Below are positions 39,001 through 64,000 of a stretch of DNA of 64,000 nt, in pieces. How positions within the stretch are numbered: position 1 is the stretch's first letter; every line of letters begins with the position of its first letter. The notes below the pieces were generated by a model. The model had not been told where the DNA came from. It did no database searches and was given only the letters and a program-made list of their open reading frames with translations. This DNA comes from Haliotis rubra. Taxonomy: Eukaryota. A program made the translations under genes and the position numbers. Where the stretch lies: NCBI RefSeq assembly GCF_003918875.1, contig NW_025765336.1, forward strand, positions 620,001 through 684,000, given 5' to 3'.

Positions 39001-40334
39001 ATCACTTTCCGATCTTGTAAAATGCTTCTTTTGTAACTGAACCCACTTTAGGGACCCCACAGATCTTTGATGTTTAACATTCAGGTCATGACAGGGAATC
39101 CTTGCTTTCATGTTTAATGTGAACTCTGCTTACTAACTTGTAAATCAAAAGGGGAGCATATTACTGCCACAATATCTTTTTTGAGATTCCAGTTAGCACT
39201 GTTGTTACAGATATAATAACATGATACTATTATCTTTGCAAATATTCCTTTCAAATTGGAGAGCTTACCCTGCCCTAATCATGCTAATGATCAGAAAGGT
39301 GAAACTAGCCCAAAGCCGAAAGGATAATAAAAATGAGATATATCTCAAGAAAAGTATGTAGCATACTTTCACAATTATTATCAGAAACTTTTGCTAACAA
39401 TTTTGCTAACCCTTCAAAGAGGCTGACGCACCGGGATTACCTGACAGGTCTTATTCTGTTCCCACACCCTTAAAATAAATAACAAAACAAGGAATTCAAC
39501 TCATGTCTGGAATGTTTTGGCACGTCCGGATTGCTTCCACCTGCTCCTCAAATTAAGCATTGTCCCGTGTTCCATTCGATTTTATATTATATTTTATAGA
39601 TATACACTTTAAAATAACATAACTTATTTCAGTGATGAAATGCCGAAATGTTACTGTTAGTCCAGACAGGTCACTGTGCATAACATTTTCATGATTATCA
39701 CTGCCTTTGAGTATGCCAGGGCTCCAGATAATTTTTCAACATCAGGAGTACGTACTCCTTATTTTTTAACTATAGGAGTACTGCAAAAACTGTTAGAGTA
39801 CTTAATTGAATTTAATGGAGTATTTGATCTTGTGTTTCGTTTCATATATGCACCACAACATTGCTACTATTGTGTAAACAGGTAAAAAACAATACTTTTT
39901 TCAGATAAATACGTCTGTAAATGATTCTAAGACCATTCACCACTGCTGTGGTGCGTATCTGCTACTGTTCCTAAATTATTTCCTACCGTATCGTGCATAT
40001 TTTTTATCCGTACATATGCCGATACGGCCCTTATCTGGAGCCCTGCTATCATAGTGTGCATAACATATTTATGATCATCACTGCCTTTGAGTTGCCTTAC
40101 CGGATCAACCTTGTCCCAGTTATTGTATTTTCCCATAAAGTCACAGCTCATTACGTGACCACAAACAGATGTCATCTTAAAGAATACAGTGTCTCCATTG
40201 AATTTGCCTCTGTATTCATGAACCGAGCAAGCCCCATTCATGCCTTTTCTGCTGTTCATAGCACCATTTGAGAGAATTTTAGCAAGAGACTGAGCCAAAG
40301 ATGGCTTCTCTGCTACCATTAAAACAGTTCGCAT
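19087..40334 (-). CDS. TOP3B: DNA topoisomerase III beta, 17 coding exons
   Basis: Exons 40334-40101, 38743-38666, 34341-34228, 33466-33299, 32217-32083, 30985-30873, 30701-30610, 29754-29646, 29075-28992, (gap)-28370, 27407-27225, 25743-25534, 23175-22958, 22389-22209, 20573-20374, 20082-19980, 19317-19087. Motifs: [26 protein letters not shown] (Toprim), [10 protein letters not shown] (catalytic Tyr), [18 protein letters not shown]-terminal Cys zinc ribbons, RGG tract, ending [12 protein letters not shown]. Confidence 0.97.
19547..19762. mobile_element. MITE with CAGTG TIRs and a 7-bp TSD
   Basis: cagtgtatgaaataag / cttatttcatacactg, with cattatg on both sides (19540-19546, 19763-19769). 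Confidence 0.8.
20798..21336. mobile_element. Non-autonomous Mutator (MULE)-type element with ~65-bp TIRs and a 9-bp TSD
   Basis: cattctcttcccacagaggttactcctgtc...ctaatacggcc is mirrored at ~21272-21336 with 1 mismatch. TSD accctcacc at 20789-20797 and 21337-21345. Confidence 0.88.
21392..21632. mobile_element. ~241-bp MITE family D (CAGGGGTGGAAATAAC TIR), copy 1
   Basis: 16-bp TIRs and TSD agctt. Homologous to 33758-33997 and 45435-45676. Confidence 0.88.
23495..25165. repeat. 33-bp minisatellite
   Basis: Tandem unit accaccataatgccaccctgtcataatgtcatc in a TOP3B intron. Confidence 0.95.
25860..27045 (-). repeat. SINE family A copy with an internal 43-bp segment amplified ~24x (25930-26975)
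   Basis: The unit catcaaccaagtcagcgagcctgaccacccgatcccgatatga matches the SINE A interior. SINE sequence resumes on both sides. Confidence 0.9.
28653..28772 (-). mobile_element. tRNA-derived SINE family B, cut by the assembly gap
   Basis: cagcaatatcatggtgggtgacaccagaaat...ccactgggctaccc. Confidence 0.75.
29938..30062. mobile_element. MITE related to 10627-10851, carrying (GT)n/(CA)n
   Basis: cataggaggatccag ... ctggatctcccactg, with gtttg on both sides. Confidence 0.65.
31075..31321 (-). mobile_element. SINE family A, near full length (no tRNA head; resembles molluscan RUDI-type elements)
   Basis: Minus strand cccgtgaaggtcagggttagaatattgatcttcag...cttgtcgtaagaggcgactaacgggatcgg...agctggaatattgctgagtgcggtgtaaaactcaac. 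More than 10 copies in the window (also 20170-20332, 30300-30530). Confidence 0.85.
31664..32072. mobile_element. hAT-type non-autonomous element inserted ~10 bp from a TOP3B splice donor
   Basis: tagtg...cacta ends, TSD gtatttat/gtatctat (7 of 8). Inverted homolog at 55134-55585. Confidence 0.7.
33545..33695 (-). mobile_element. tRNA(Leu/Ser)-like SINE family E (second copy 22525-22660)
   Basis: Minus strand tagctgagcggtctaggcg (A box)...ggttcgaatccc (B box) with long spacing, and a downstream body shared with the second copy. Confidence 0.6.
33758..33997. mobile_element. MITE family D, copy 2
   Basis: caggggtggaaa / tttccacccctg, TSD atgcat (6 bp). Confidence 0.88.
34382..34875. mobile_element. 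MITE with CAG(A/G)GCTCCAGATA-type TIRs and a 6-bp TSD (related TIRs at ~39717-40045)
   Basis: cagaggcccagata / tatctggagctctg, with cagaac on both sides. Confidence 0.7.
34930..36854 (-). mobile_element. Decayed IS630-Tc1-mariner DNA transposon with DD~82E spacing (Sailor-like)
   Basis: TIR ttagatgagcc(a/t)cg flanked by TA (34928-34929, 36855-36856). Frameshifted transposase with FINET (first D mutated to N), IVMDNEPYH and [19 protein letters not shown]. Confidence 0.85.
36905..37092 (+). mobile_element. SINE family A, internally deleted
   Basis: cccgtgaagatccaggttag...gtcataagaggcgactaacgggatcgg...ggaatattgctgagtgcg. Confidence 0.8.
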
Positions 40335-40827
40335 TTTTGCAACTTAAACCACACAGCGACACAATAAAATAGCTGTGCAAATACAAACTAAACAGGGTAA
40401 CACCCAAACTTTCCAGACTTAGACGCCATGTTCTAAATCTCGTATATAATAGTACTTCCCAACTAACTACTGTTATATAGAGAGAATATTCCCCATTTTG
40501 TATTGCTCATCTTTCAATATTTTACAGATATTGTCCACTTCATAATTTATTTAGAAAATTGTAAACAAATGCAGTGATATATTGTCTCTTGTATCTCGGT
40601 AACAATTGTATAAGCAGGTAGTGCTAAAGATTATCACGGCTTAATTTCTTGAGTTAAAAACCGTTGTGTTCAAATAGTATGCGATACCTGTAATCTCGCG
40701 AGTTGTAAAAAATAGTAATATGGCGCAAAATTCAGATTATGAACATGTTGACATGTTGATGTGAGTGGTAACGGCCCCCAGATCTAATCAATTAGGTCAT
40801 GACAGTGGTATTCAGTTTATCTACACC
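40335..40827. promoter_or_regulatory. Putative bidirectional promoter shared by TOP3B and MCM9
   Basis: Divergent ATGs with 493 bp between them. YY1-like aacatggcg on the - strand (~40424-40432), aatatggcg on the + strand (40717-40725), TCTCGCGAGT at 40694-40703. Confidence 0.65.

Positions 40828-64000
<23,173 letters not shown>

Noticed and set aside
39630-39660. Hammerhead-like gtgatga...cgaaatgtt
   Set aside because: Lacks the core C and stem II; too degenerate to support.

Overview
Intron-rich, repeat-dense animal genomic DNA. It is probably a gastropod such as abalone, which I infer only from the SINE families. There are two assembly gaps (12891-13031, 28485-28652). Three spliced genes can be rebuilt exon by exon: RPL12 (+, 13708-17968, 6 coding exons, TOP promoter, two intronic box H/ACA snoRNA copies), TOP3B (-, 40334-19087, 17 coding exons) and MCM9 (+, 40828 to beyond the window edge, 19 coding exons, one apparent +1 frameshift). 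TOP3B and MCM9 are head-to-head across about 0.5 kb. Introns and intergenic DNA hold at least four SINE-like families, MITEs with TA or 5-9 bp target duplications, a decayed IS630-Tc1-mariner element with DD~82E spacing, a LINE remnant, Penelope-like remnants with a hammerhead core, many minisatellites and a 3.9-kb polypyrimidine tract. The most striking structure is a 4.7-kb non-autonomous DIRS-type (tyrosine-recombinase) retroelement in an MCM9 intron. Its inverted termini and internal complementary region are nearly intact, and it sits inside the 3' tail motif shared by two SINE families. Family names come from motif recognition, not from database searches.
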